Position numbers and translations under genes: made by a program. The notes under the pieces are model-generated. The model had not been told where the DNA came from, made no database searches, and saw only the letters and a program-made list of their open reading frames with translations. From the IMG/VR virus record IMGVR_UViG_2888703769_000002: a stretch of DNA of 64,000 nucleotides, one strand, 5' to 3'. Of this stretch, positions 1 to 9,855 are shown in pieces. The stretch is from an uncultured virus (IMG/VR IMGVR_UViG_2888703769_000002) (lineage: Duplodnaviria > Heunggongvirae > Uroviricota > Caudoviricetes). How positions within the stretch are numbered: the first letter of the stretch is position 1; the number at the start of each line of letters is the position of its first letter.

Positions 1-336
1 ATGACTAGCGATAAGAAACTGTGGGCTTCGAGTTTTATCTTGCCGGAATTACGCGAAGGGTTTCAGCGATTGGCTGAGGCCAAGCTTAAAGTAGAGAAGC
101 CGCAACTGGACGCGCAGCAGATCGAGGATATGGAAGTGACGGTCGCGCAATCGATGGAAGTAGGCGCAGATTTGTCTTTTGAGCTTTACGACAACGGATA
201 CATACGCGAAGTAATTGGTGCAGTTCATTACGTGGATCACATACGGAAGGAATTTCGTGTGAAGGACGCACAAGGCGATACTAATTTCGTGAGGTTTGCG
301 GATATCATAAACGTAAAAAATGCCCCATCCGGTTAA
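1..336 (+). CDS. YolD-like protein
   Basis: DKKLWASSFILPE...KPQLDAQQIEDM pattern; typical position beyond the lysis module. Confidence 0.8.
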   Translation: MTSDKKLWASSFILPELREGFQRLAEAKLKVEKPQLDAQQIEDMEVTVAQSMEVGADLSFELYDNGYIREVIGAVHYVDHIRKEFRVKDAQGDTNFVRFADIINVKNAPSG

Positions 337-348
337 GGACGGGGCTTA
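315..348. terminator. Probable bidirectional intrinsic terminator
   Basis: A-run, then GCCCCATCC / GGACGGGGC stem between convergent genes. Confidence 0.6.
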
Positions 349-351
349 TCG

Positions 352-912
352 TTATTGTTTTAGTATGTAATTTCGCGTGAAGGTAGCTGAGTTTACTGCG
401 TCATCTCCAAGCGTTTTGTAGATATTCCAAGATAGGTTTATGCTTGTCACTTCGTTCGGAGTTGTATTGGACATAGGCCAAGCGTAGAAAAAATCGAGAC
501 GATCGCCCTTCTTCTTTAATTTATTCGTGCCGTCATCAACTACTTTTATCACTTCTTCCGGACCTAATTCCTCTCCGGTGTTAAGCTTGATTGTTTCCGC
601 TGCCGGATACGCTTCAAAGGAAGAATGCCCGATGTTTTCTATCGATCCTTTTATCGCAATGTGGGCGCTTGATGGCGATATCAAAATCCGATCGATTTTA
701 ATATCTAGCCCATCGTAATTTGCCTTATCATTCATTTCGGCTGAATAAGCCCAAATAGCACTATCTTCACCTAGATTTTCATTTGTGCTCACTTCCTCAG
801 CTTTTGCCGTACTGTCTTTGTTATGAGGCTGCGAATCAGATGAACACCCACCGATTAAAAACGCAGCTATTAACGCAGAAAAAAGTAGCCCAACCCGCTT
901 CAATACGATCAC
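352..912 (-). CDS. Lipoprotein of unknown function (moron)
   Basis: Signal peptide with lipobox LIGGC; lower GC. Confidence 0.8.
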   Translation of the reverse strand: MIVLKRVGLLFSALIAAFLIGGCSSDSQPHNKDSTAKAEEVSTNENLGEDSAIWAYSAEMNDKANYDGLDIKIDRILISPSSAHIAIKGSIENIGHSSFEAYPAAETIKLNTGEELGPEEVIKVVDDGTNKLKKKGDRLDFFYAWPMSNTTPNEVTSINLSWNIYKTLGDDAVNSATFTRNYILKQ

Positions 913-1004
913 GACCTTTTTCTTCTAATGATAACTTATTTTTCAGTTATGTAAACGGACACCCACGTATTCATACGCAAGCGCCCGCAAAAAGTTCCGT
1001 TATT

Positions 1005-1262
1005 TTATTTCGTAGTTCCCTCTCGCTTTGTTCCGATTTCGAAAAGACCCGTCGCTGCTAGACCCGCAAAGCCGCCGGCCCACAAACGCAGCACCAAGTC
1101 GAGGTCAGTAAACGGATAGGCAATCGCGCCCAATCCGATGCCGATGACGAAACTGAGAGCCGGCACAATATTCGTCGGCAGCTTAACCGTTTTCTTAACG
1201 AGCTGAACGAGCGCCGTTAAGATAGGCGCGAGGATAGTCGCGAAAATTAATACTTCTTCCAT
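1005..1262 (-). CDS. Holin
   Basis: 85 aa, 2-3 hydrophobic segments, AGLAATGLFE motif, next to endolysin. Confidence 0.85.
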   Translation of the reverse strand: MEEVLIFATILAPILTALVQLVKKTVKLPTNIVPALSFVIGIGLGAIAYPFTDLDLVLRLWAGGFAGLAATGLFEIGTKREGTTK

Positions 1263-1283
1263 AATTATCGTCTCCCTTTTCGT

Positions 1284-2222
1284 TTATTTTACTGTTGCGC
1301 CTGTGGACTTCGCGGCATAAATATTCACCTTTCCGAACTGGTCCGTCTTGATCGTGTACACGTCGGTCTGTGGATTACCGAGAACCTCGTACTTCAGGCC
1401 GCCGAATTTCTTAGGACGCAATAATCCGCATTCGTTCCCTTTGACTGGCGCCTTGTTGGTCGGATAGATGCGCCATGAGTCGGCAGAAGCCGGAAGGTAA
1501 ACGTATTTCTTACCGCTGGATGACGGTTTAGAAGAGCCGGCCGCCCCCGTCAGCTTTAACACTTGGCCGACCGTAATCTTATTCGCATTCTTAATCCCAT
1601 TATATGCTTGTAACTTCGCCATACTGACGCCTGTTTTCACCGCAATTTCGGACAAAGTATCGCCGCTCTTTACGGTGTATGTCGACCCGGATGTTTTGGT
1701 TGGCTTGTTTACGGAAGACTTACCGCCAAGTGCTTTAAGTTCCGCTGCGATTGCCGCTTTTACGGCTTCCCAACGGCCTTCCGCTAACACACGGTGCGGG
1801 CAGTATTTGCCGGACCAGTCTTGGTGTTTGCGCAGACGATCGATTCCCCATCCGCGTTCCTTCAGCAATTGCGCAATAAATTTGATCGCCAGTTTTTCGG
1901 CTGCTTCGTACTTGGCGCCGCCTGATTTCGAGTAACAAACCTCCACGCCAATAGACGTCCGGTTTCCGGAATTTGCGCCGCTACCATCTCCTGTATGCCA
2001 TGCGTTACGGTCTGTCGGGATGCCCTGAACGACCTCCGTATCGTCTACTGCGAAATGGTAAGACACTTCGTTGTTGTTTCCGATCATATATCGGATTTCT
2101 GCATCCGCTGAAGCATCGTTGGCCGTATTATGAAATGTGATGTATTGCGCATCCATTGAATTCGGACACTTAATCGAATACTTACTCGCAGACACTAGAT
2201 TCTTACGCACTAAAATCGCCAT
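1284..2222 (-). CDS. Endolysin, N-acetylmuramoyl-L-alanine amidase (XlyA-like) with LysM
   Basis: ITFHNT, SYHFAVDD, HQDWSGKYCP amidase_2 motifs; YTVKSGDTLSEIA LysM. Confidence 0.95.
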   Translation of the reverse strand: MAILVRKNLVSASKYSIKCPNSMDAQYITFHNTANDASADAEIRYMIGNNNEVSYHFAVDDTEVVQGIPTDRNAWHTGDGSGANSGNRTSIGVEVCYSKSGGAKYEAAEKLAIKFIAQLLKERGWGIDRLRKHQDWSGKYCPHRVLAEGRWEAVKAAIAAELKALGGKSSVNKPTKTSGSTYTVKSGDTLSEIAVKTGVSMAKLQAYNGIKNANKITVGQVLKLTGAAGSSKPSSSGKKYVYLPASADSWRIYPTNKAPVKGNECGLLRPKKFGGLKYEVLGNPQTDVYTIKTDQFGKVNIYAAKSTGATVK

Positions 2223-2250
2223 TAAATCGTCCCCTTTTCGTTTTTGGTAT

Positions 2251-2285
2251 TAAAAAAGCCCGCCGGGACTCTCACCTGACGGGCG
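2251..2285 (-). terminator. Intrinsic terminator upstream of endolysin
   Basis: GCCCGTCAGG...CCCGGCGGGC followed by T6 on minus strand. Confidence 0.6.
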
Positions 2286-2301
2286 TGTTGCGTTAATTCG
2301 A

Positions 2302-2511
2302 TTATTCTCTTCCGCGGAATTTTTCTTCGAGCCTATCGATCTTGTCGATGATGACGTCGTACTTATCGCTAAATTTATCGAGTAGATCTTGTAGCCGCGA
2401 TTCACGCTCCCTGTTCGACTTCATTACGTAAATCAGCAGCCACGTAAAAAGGACCGCGAACGGTCCCTGCGTTAAAAAATATTTGAGTACGTCTAATTCG
2501 CCGCCGTTCAA
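2302..2511 (-). CDS. bhlA: BhlA/UviB-family holin-like protein
   Basis: LTQGPFAVLFTWLLIYVMK...RE signature. Confidence 0.88.
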   Translation of the reverse strand: MNGGELDVLKYFLTQGPFAVLFTWLLIYVMKSNRERESRLQDLLDKFSDKYDVIIDKIDRLEEKFRGRE

Positions 2512-2514
2512 TAA

Positions 2515-2703
2515 CTACGCCTCCTGTCCGCCTGTTTCTTCCGGAGGCTCTTCGATAGGAGGCTTGTTTGGATCGTAAACATCTCCGGTGATTTTCTCGT
2601 ATTCTTCCGGTGTTATCCGGCCAGCTCCGACAGTATCGTGAACTTGCTTTTTCGTCCAGAGGCCGGCGTCATAAAGATTTTTGATACGGAGATACCAAGT
2701 CAT
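2515..2703 (-). CDS. XkdX-family protein
   Basis: LYDAGLWTK...GRITPEEYEKITG signature. Confidence 0.88.
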   Translation of the reverse strand: MTWYLRIKNLYDAGLWTKKQVHDTVGAGRITPEEYEKITGDVYDPNKPPIEEPPEETGGQEA

Positions 2704-2973
2704 TTAGTTTCCTCCCGTCGCGATAAGATAATATAAATCCGCTATCTGCTTTTGAAGATTCTCGATTTCATTCGGAGCCGGCGGATCGGGCTTAATGCTC
2801 TCTTTGTATTCCTCCGTCGCTGCCTCAACCCATACGTTTCTTTTCTTATCGAATCGCGGCGATATGATTGACGGATCGGGGACCACATCTGTGCTATTCG
2901 GCGGTAGCACTTCTACATCGATATCTTCTTCGCCGGCATAGTCGAAATTTTTGTCGTAGTATAAAACGTGCAT
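2704..2973 (-). CDS. Small tail-fibre-associated/assembly protein
   Basis: RBS AAGGAGG before ATG at 2973; lies between BppU and XkdX genes. Confidence 0.6.
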   Translation of the reverse strand: MHVLYYDKNFDYAGEEDIDVEVLPPNSTDVVPDPSIISPRFDKKRNVWVEAATEEYKESIKPDPPAPNEIENLQKQIADLYYLIATGGN

Positions 2974-2987
2974 TCTGATTTCCTCCT

Positions 2988-4424
2988 TTACCATAATGGG
3001 ATACCGATATTAAAGGACACACGCGTAACGCTAGCCGAGTCGGTTGCGGAAAGCCCATCGAACCGTAATTCGCCGTCCGTCGTAAATGCGAACCGGGCCG
3101 TCCCGTAAGACCCGATCGTAGGTACAACGAAATCTACGAGCTGCGTCGGCTTATATGTGAATTTCGCTACCGTCGTACCGGCGGCCGGGAGCGAGCCGAA
3201 TGTGCCTCGCAGTTTAATTTCGTTATTCGCAACGGAAAACTTGAACGGATATCCGGTGTTTTGCTGCGCTCCATTAATCAAGGTAACGTTATTCCACGTC
3301 GCAACCCACGGACTATTCCACTTATCTTTATCCGCCTGTACGACGTGAATGTCCGTTCTGTTGGCGTGAGCATCTACCTTTGACTGCGCCCCCTCTACCG
3401 ATTCAAGCTCGCGCCATGACGTCCATGACTCCGAGCTCGCGACCTTATTACGCATAAATTTCCGCCGGCCCGAAGACGTCGAATCGTTACTGCTATAGGA
3501 CGTGTATTCCTGATATGCGTACGTGCTGTAGTTATTGACGATAAGATATCCGTTGTTATTTACTGGGGCGTTTAATGCCGTCGTTGCGCCGCTCATATAA
3601 TAGAAGCCGGTATCTGTTACCGTATTAAAATCGATGCCCGTCATGTACTGTGCCGCGCCAGTATCCTGCGTCAATTTAAACAACTGCGATCCGTTCCACT
3701 TGTCCTTCTCAACTTGCGAAGTATGACGGATGCTATCGGAATCATGGGCCCGGAATTGGTCGAGAGGCGCCTGCTTAACGTTGTCGACGTTACTAAGTCC
3801 GATCTGGTCTTTCGTCACTGAGTGCGGGTTATCCGTCCGATCTGCGTGTTCGTCCGTATACGCTTTACTGTCCGAAAGAGCCTTATCGGCTTTTTCTTGC
3901 GCTCCTGCTTTCGTCTCAATATTTTCGAGGTCTTCGAATTTCTTACGCAGCTCTTCGATGGTTTCAATGGCTTCGTCATATAGTTCGTTGACCTTTGCGA
4001 TCAAAGCCTCGAAATCATCAATATAATACTCCGCCATAGGAGCGATATCAGTATCGACTAGCGCTCGATCTATGTTGAATGAAAACTTATGGACGGAAAT
4101 CGCCTGATTATTCGCATAGTACAAATTAAGCTCTGCGTTGACCGTTCCGTAATGCTTAAGTTCATCCGAAGTTAATACGTATTGCGCTACGCCACCTACC
4201 GGATCTACAATTTCTACGTTTTTGATAAACCGGCTTCCGTCCGCCATGAACATAACGAGCTTCCCGGTAACGGCAGACAACGGTAATGGGACGCCATCCT
4301 TTGTTAACGAGAAGATCAAACGCGCCGTATCGATGTCTTGCGTGCTGAACTGTATTGCGGTTTTTATATTCGTTTTTGTCCGGCTCGTCACCTCAAACGC
4401 AAGTGGTGCGTTATTGTATATCAC
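2988..4424 (-). CDS. BppU-family baseplate/tail fibre protein
   Basis: FSTQDIDTARLIF BppU N-domain; NPHSVTKDQIGLSNVDN fibre repeat; DFNTVTDTGFYY knob. Confidence 0.85.
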   Translation of the reverse strand: MIYNNAPLAFEVTSRTKTNIKTAIQFSTQDIDTARLIFSLTKDGVPLPLSAVTGKLVMFMADGSRFIKNVEIVDPVGGVAQYVLTSDELKHYGTVNAELNLYYANNQAISVHKFSFNIDRALVDTDIAPMAEYYIDDFEALIAKVNELYDEAIETIEELRKKFEDLENIETKAGAQEKADKALSDSKAYTDEHADRTDNPHSVTKDQIGLSNVDNVKQAPLDQFRAHDSDSIRHTSQVEKDKWNGSQLFKLTQDTGAAQYMTGIDFNTVTDTGFYYMSGATTALNAPVNNNGYLIVNNYSTYAYQEYTSYSSNDSTSSGRRKFMRNKVASSESWTSWRELESVEGAQSKVDAHANRTDIHVVQADKDKWNSPWVATWNNVTLINGAQQNTGYPFKFSVANNEIKLRGTFGSLPAAGTTVAKFTYKPTQLVDFVVPTIGSYGTARFAFTTDGELRFDGLSATDSASVTRVSFNIGIPLW

Positions 4425-4436
4425 TGCAAAACCTCC

Positions 4437-7001
4437 TTAGTGCTGCGGCGTAACGATCATTTGCGCTACACCGTAGCCTTTTTCCGCATCATACGGAGAT
4501 TTGATTTTCATAACGGTTCCGTAGCCGCCGCTTTCCGCCTTGGTTGCAATGCCTTCGATTGCTGATACGCTATCTCCTACGGCCACTGTTTCGTCAATTC
4601 TAACGAAGACTTGACCGATTAGTCCGATGACATGCCATTCGTCACGAGAGTCACGCGGCACATATTCGAGAGAAGGGTCGTAGTCGGGGTTTAATTTTGG
4701 AACGCTTAACTCTTCGCCACCATCGATAACCGTTTCGTAAACCAAGCCGCCGAATTCGTTTCTTTCGAACTGATCGTTCCAATAGAACGCCGCGCCTCCG
4801 AGCACCAAGCCGGCCGTTTCAGAAACAACTCCGAGTATCTTATCTCCTTCGCCTGCTTTTCGTATCTTTTCGCCTTCTAACGCAACCAGATAGCTTGAAT
4901 CGATTTTCTGACCGTCAGCAGATTCGAAATACTCCGCGAAGTCTTTGAAATCTGAGACGCTTTCTACCCGCCCTGTACCACGAATATGTCCGCCAGTTGA
5001 ATCGAGTTCCCATTTCGTATTTCCGGTCGAGGCGCTGCCGCTTCCGTAGCCCCCTCTGACGCTATATCCGTTATCGTTGATAACCCCGTTAGCAGCGAGC
5101 ACGACCCTCGACGGCCCGTCGCCTTTTGTATGTGAATTGTTTGACGCTATAACCGCTTGACGCGAAGCTGTTGTGGATGAGCCACCGCTGGCACCTAGAA
5201 CGACGTTTCGAGGCCCTTTCGTTATACATCCGCCCGTGGTCGCAATCACTGCGCTTGTTTTGTCTAAGACGTGGCCCGATGTAGAAGCAGCACGGAAACC
5301 ACCTTTCACGTTATTCGGGACGACCGAATGCTTCTGGCCACCGAGGACTGCCGCACTCTCGTACCCATACGCCCGGACCATTAAGATATTTGTTTGCGTA
5401 TTCGGCGAGGTGATGCCGGCCGTACCGCTTGCTACGTGAAGGATTCCGTTATTCAGATTGACGTTGTACACGCCACCACCGATCCCGATACCGTTCTGCG
5501 CCGAATCATGAATAACGAAATCGGAGATGAAGACGTCATCTGTCCGCTGATCGCCGCCGGTGACGTTGATATCATAGCCGGCCTTTTTAAAACCGGAAAT
5601 TTGCAGATTGGTTACGTTTATCTTCCGGCTCTTATATTGAAAGGCAATCATAGACTTTCCTTTGTAGTCATACGTCGGATCGCCGATCGCTGTAAAACCG
5701 ATTATCTTCACGCGTTGGTATGCCGAAATCACTAAGGCTTTCGGTTCCAGTCCGTCATAAAGCGAATTGTATATCGGCTCTCGCGCTGTGCAGTCGACTA
5801 GCGTCACGTCTCTCGCCGTCTCACTCCACGGATCTGTCGCAAGGTGGTGTCCGATGTGCCGCAAATCATAAGACCGAACATCACGGAAGGATTCGTGGCC
5901 GCGGATATGGACGTTAGAAGGGGCCGGCCATTCCGTATGTGCCTTTACCTCTACACCGCGGACGTTTCCTTCGGTATAGTTATCGATAAGCCATACGTGT
6001 TTAGATCCGTCATCGACCTCGATACCGTTCGAATTAGACGCTCCCTTTTTGTGGGCTTTTCCGCTTGGATTCGTCATTACGTTATGGGTAATGAAGATGT
6101 ATTCGCTGTAGTGCGTAGTGATTCCATCATCTCCGTAGCCATGGCCGACGCAGCGATCGATCCAGACGTATTTACTGCCCGTTGCGGTGTAATCCTTTGC
6201 TGTAATATCGTATGTTGGCGCCGAAACATCGAAGCAGTGAAGCCCCGGATTAATACCCTCGACTTCCCGGACGATGCCAAACTTCACCTGCGCAAAAGTC
6301 AAACAACTCGAATAGATGCCGCCGGTCGCACCTACGCCGCCCTGACGCTCCGGGTTCCAGTCGAGCGACATTCCTTGGACTACGATATTACGGTTGCCAG
6401 ACGCCGGGTCCGCATTAATGATGACCCACTCGCTCGCCGGCGTGTCCTCGTGCAGCTTTAGAGTAGTGACGCCCATGCCTTGGCCGATCAAATACGTCCA
6501 TGACGGAAGCTTGACGCCTTTAACGATGTATGTGCCGGCGGATAAATTAAGCCTAACCTTACCGTTTCCAATCGCTTTCTTAAACGCTTCTGTACTATCG
6601 TTAACGCCTGTCGGATCGGCTCCGTAATCGTCAACGTTTACATCACGCTCAATCTTGCGCAAAAGCTTGTTATACTCTTTGTCGAGCCGCTCTTTCAATA
6701 AAGGCGCGATGTTTCCTTCCGTGTCCACACGAGCATCCACGACCTCTTTAACGTTTGTACCGTCCGCATTAAGGATCAGATTTCTTATACGGTTATACAG
6801 ACCGTCGATATATGTGCGCAAAGAAAAACCGCCATGGTCGATTTGATCCGACGTGTGGGCGGTTTTTGCGTTCTTATGTGAGGCCAGTTCCGTATACGAT
6901 CCTCTAATATCATCCGCAATGTCATCGAGGTTCTGGTTGTGGTCGTTACGAAAAACACGGTCCCACGCCGCCCCGGCCTTTCTGTACGGAAATTTCGGCA
7001 T
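4437..7001 (-). CDS. Tail spike / pre-neck appendage: beta-helix with C-terminal peptidase G2 autocleaving chaperone
   Basis: VNVDDYGADPTG pectate-lyase-like start; DFAEYFES cleavage motif; WHVIGLIGQ. Confidence 0.88.
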   Translation of the reverse strand: MPKFPYRKAGAAWDRVFRNDHNQNLDDIADDIRGSYTELASHKNAKTAHTSDQIDHGGFSLRTYIDGLYNRIRNLILNADGTNVKEVVDARVDTEGNIAPLLKERLDKEYNKLLRKIERDVNVDDYGADPTGVNDSTEAFKKAIGNGKVRLNLSAGTYIVKGVKLPSWTYLIGQGMGVTTLKLHEDTPASEWVIINADPASGNRNIVVQGMSLDWNPERQGGVGATGGIYSSCLTFAQVKFGIVREVEGINPGLHCFDVSAPTYDITAKDYTATGSKYVWIDRCVGHGYGDDGITTHYSEYIFITHNVMTNPSGKAHKKGASNSNGIEVDDGSKHVWLIDNYTEGNVRGVEVKAHTEWPAPSNVHIRGHESFRDVRSYDLRHIGHHLATDPWSETARDVTLVDCTAREPIYNSLYDGLEPKALVISAYQRVKIIGFTAIGDPTYDYKGKSMIAFQYKSRKINVTNLQISGFKKAGYDINVTGGDQRTDDVFISDFVIHDSAQNGIGIGGGVYNVNLNNGILHVASGTAGITSPNTQTNILMVRAYGYESAAVLGGQKHSVVPNNVKGGFRAASTSGHVLDKTSAVIATTGGCITKGPRNVVLGASGGSSTTASRQAVIASNNSHTKGDGPSRVVLAANGVINDNGYSVRGGYGSGSASTGNTKWELDSTGGHIRGTGRVESVSDFKDFAEYFESADGQKIDSSYLVALEGEKIRKAGEGDKILGVVSETAGLVLGGAAFYWNDQFERNEFGGLVYETVIDGGEELSVPKLNPDYDPSLEYVPRDSRDEWHVIGLIGQVFVRIDETVAVGDSVSAIEGIATKAESGGYGTVMKIKSPYDAEKGYGVAQMIVTPQH

Positions 7002-7015
7002 TGTATTCCTCCTCG

Positions 7016-8416
7016 TTATTTATTCTCTAGCGCAGTCAGGCGCTTGTTTATAGATTCGAGCTGTTGCGAAAGTGTCGATATGTCCACCGTAGCCGTACCG
7101 ACCTTGATGCGTTGCAGCTTTGCGAAGTCAGATGCGCTCATTAAGCCGTCAGTCGTTTCGGTAGCCAGCGAGACAGAAACTTGGCCGTCGGGCCCCAATA
7201 CGATACTCGCCAGCTTCACATAGTCCGATGAGCTCATAAGACCGTCCGTTGTTGCGTTTGCCCGGCCGTACGTAGGAATCGTCAGCTTTGTCGGATCGTA
7301 CCCGTCTTCGTAAATCGCATCTTTTCCGATGGTTATGTTTCCGCTTATGGCGCTGCCTTTCACTTTCCCAGTTGACGTATCGATAAGCTTGGAGACGGAG
7401 CTTTGTCCCCTCCCTAATTTAGCAGTTGTTTTTTTGATATTTGCCCGAACCTTACCAAAAGTAAAAACCGGAGACTTTTTAGGATCTGAGTAAGTCTCCA
7501 CACTGACTACACGCAACTTCGTCTTCAAATCAAATGGCTCTAATACGCACCATACATAATCGCCTTTGCGAATATCCTGCATATTTAATTGTTTAACCTC
7601 TACGTACGTAAGGCTAATAGAGATTTCAATTTTATCGGTCAGTTCTTTTTCTAACCGTTTTTCGAGCTTTCCCTCATCCTTTGCTGTGTACGAGTCATCA
7701 AATACGGGATTTGCATGTTTGATCCCATAGACTGAAGCTAACGGACTTTTGTACTCAGATTCCACCGCGTATTTTCCTGTCTTTTCGTCCTTCTTTCCGA
7801 ATCCCTTAATGTACGTTTTTATAGAAGAGGTGTCTATTTCCTGAGAAGGGTCTTTTACATTTACACGGTCACGGATGATGTAGTCTGTATCTCGCGCTAT
7901 CTCCTTTGCGAAATAGACTTTCTTCCCAATGCACTCATATTCAGCCGAGTATTTTTCCTTTATATCGTTTAGTAATCCGAGAGAGTAGCCGTTCCCAAAA
8001 TCCTCTACATCAAACGAATCACCTAGCCCTTCTGGTAAAACCTCGTAAGAATACCCAGAACCCTTTAATGCGATGTCCAGCATATCCTCGATGTAAAGTT
8101 TTTTCTTTTTACCGGATGTTTCATATACGTAATTCTCACCGAGATCAGAAAAGGAACGTTGCAAGGCCGTGATATCGACCTTCAGTCTCTTGCCGCTAAT
8201 AGGAACATACCGCGTTTTCCTAATGACGAATTCCTCGTCTTCATAAAAAAGTGAACCTTCATTTTGAATTAACGGAAAGGAGTGCGCATTTCTTTCCGTC
8301 TCCCAAACCGTTACGTCTAAAGACCTTCCGTTATCAATTTCATCCTTCTTCGTTACGTTGAAGTCCGTTAAGGCTTCTACCTGATTAGCGAGATTTTTTA
8401 CAATCAGACTCGACAC
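7016..8416 (-). CDS. Tail tip (Tal-like) protein
   Basis: Follows Dit; TYIKGFGK prophage-tail motif; two DGLMS repeats near the C-terminus. Confidence 0.8.
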   Translation of the reverse strand: MSSLIVKNLANQVEALTDFNVTKKDEIDNGRSLDVTVWETERNAHSFPLIQNEGSLFYEDEEFVIRKTRYVPISGKRLKVDITALQRSFSDLGENYVYETSGKKKKLYIEDMLDIALKGSGYSYEVLPEGLGDSFDVEDFGNGYSLGLLNDIKEKYSAEYECIGKKVYFAKEIARDTDYIIRDRVNVKDPSQEIDTSSIKTYIKGFGKKDEKTGKYAVESEYKSPLASVYGIKHANPVFDDSYTAKDEGKLEKRLEKELTDKIEISISLTYVEVKQLNMQDIRKGDYVWCVLEPFDLKTKLRVVSVETYSDPKKSPVFTFGKVRANIKKTTAKLGRGQSSVSKLIDTSTGKVKGSAISGNITIGKDAIYEDGYDPTKLTIPTYGRANATTDGLMSSSDYVKLASIVLGPDGQVSVSLATETTDGLMSASDFAKLQRIKVGTATVDISTLSQQLESINKRLTALENK

Positions 8417-8427
8417 GGCGCACCTCC

Positions 8428-9852
8428 CTACGCGTAATAATGGAATCTGAAATCAAACGTGATCTCAAAATCCCCGCTTGTTCCGTTTAACTCAAATTCA
8501 TTCCATCCGGGCTCTAACGTAATAAGCCCGAAATTTGTCTGCCCCAATATGCTGACGTTTCCTTTTTTCGATGTAACACCGGAAATTTGAATCGCTTCCT
8601 TCGCGGTAGATGTACCCGAAAACGCCCACAGGTCGCCTGTTGTTCTATTTTTGATCGACAATTTGTCAGACGCGCCTTTATACGTAATTTTTAAAGGCAT
8701 GTATCTCGGATCTAGCCGGACGGCCCCCGCGTTGAAAATACGAAAAGTCTTCGTCTTGTGTTTGTACGAAGGGATATCGTCCGTCAACCCTTCGCCTATC
8801 TGCCATTTGTTCGCATCAAACGTGAATGCGTCTAGCGTCGTGCCGACTGATTCGCAATAAGTAGAGGCGCTTTGGAAAGTCAGCGTAAAGTCGCCGAAGC
8901 TACCGATTCTGTCAGGCGTGAATGATGCGCTTAGCTCGACCCGCCACCGTTTTTTCGGCGTCGCTTCCGAAACTAAAAAGAACTCCTCCTCGCGATGAAG
9001 CGCGTGAAAGAGTTCCGCTTGTAATAAATGAAAATCAACGTCATCCGCTCCGAGCAAGAGACATTCAGCAGTCAGCGTTCGGGCTCCGAAGTTTTTTCCT
9101 ACTCGAACTAAACCGTCTCTCCCCGGAATCGTTTCGTAATCGATATCGGGAGTGGGCGAAGCAATTTTGAAACTTCGCACAAGAACTGATAAATCGCGAG
9201 CCATGTCAATTATGCGGCCATCCTTGTAAAGTATCCGGAAGTTGCTGTCCGTAATAGGGACACCGGATGGGGGCGTTGTATAGACGCTTGAAAAAACGTC
9301 GATGGATACCTCCGGCTCTTCAACGACAACCGGAGCCGGGTTGTTTGTGTCCGGCGTAGTAGGAGTGGACGGATTCGACGGAGACGGGGCGGTGTCGTAC
9401 TTCGTCAGATTGTACGTTTCAATAATTCTGTTAAGCTTTGATGCGTAAGACGGGTCCGTTGCATAACCGGCGTCTACCAGCGCAGCAGTCGCTTTCTTGT
9501 AGTTTTTCTCGCCTACGACCGCCTTATAGTGATTCAGGTCCCAACTGACGCCGTTTACGTAAAGCTTCGCGAGGTCTTGCATCGATTCATACCACGTCGG
9601 GTACTTCCGGAACTTGGCGTCCACTTGAACGTTCCTTCCATTGATTACTTCCCACGTTTTCATGATGACATATTTTCCGTTATATTCGCCCTTCACTCCG
9701 AAAAGGTTCTTTCCATTAACGGCAAGGCCGCTAGTCCCGTAGGCACTTTCTAAGCACCCCTGCGCGATTACGAGGCTTGCAAGAATTTTATAATTCACGA
9801 ATATCTTCTGCGCATCCGGGGCGATTTTCTTTATAAAATCTGTATTACTCAA
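8428..9852 (-). CDS. Distal tail protein (Dit) with N-terminal GH73 glucosaminidase
   Basis: AQGCLESAYG, NLFGVKG, GYATDPSY; Pro/Thr linker; IPGRDG and LEPGWNEF Dit motifs. Confidence 0.85.
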   Translation of the reverse strand: MSNTDFIKKIAPDAQKIFVNYKILASLVIAQGCLESAYGTSGLAVNGKNLFGVKGEYNGKYVIMKTWEVINGRNVQVDAKFRKYPTWYESMQDLAKLYVNGVSWDLNHYKAVVGEKNYKKATAALVDAGYATDPSYASKLNRIIETYNLTKYDTAPSPSNPSTPTTPDTNNPAPVVVEEPEVSIDVFSSVYTTPPSGVPITDSNFRILYKDGRIIDMARDLSVLVRSFKIASPTPDIDYETIPGRDGLVRVGKNFGARTLTAECLLLGADDVDFHLLQAELFHALHREEEFFLVSEATPKKRWRVELSASFTPDRIGSFGDFTLTFQSASTYCESVGTTLDAFTFDANKWQIGEGLTDDIPSYKHKTKTFRIFNAGAVRLDPRYMPLKITYKGASDKLSIKNRTTGDLWAFSGTSTAKEAIQISGVTSKKGNVSILGQTNFGLITLEPGWNEFELNGTSGDFEITFDFRFHYYA

Positions 9853-9855
9853 ACG

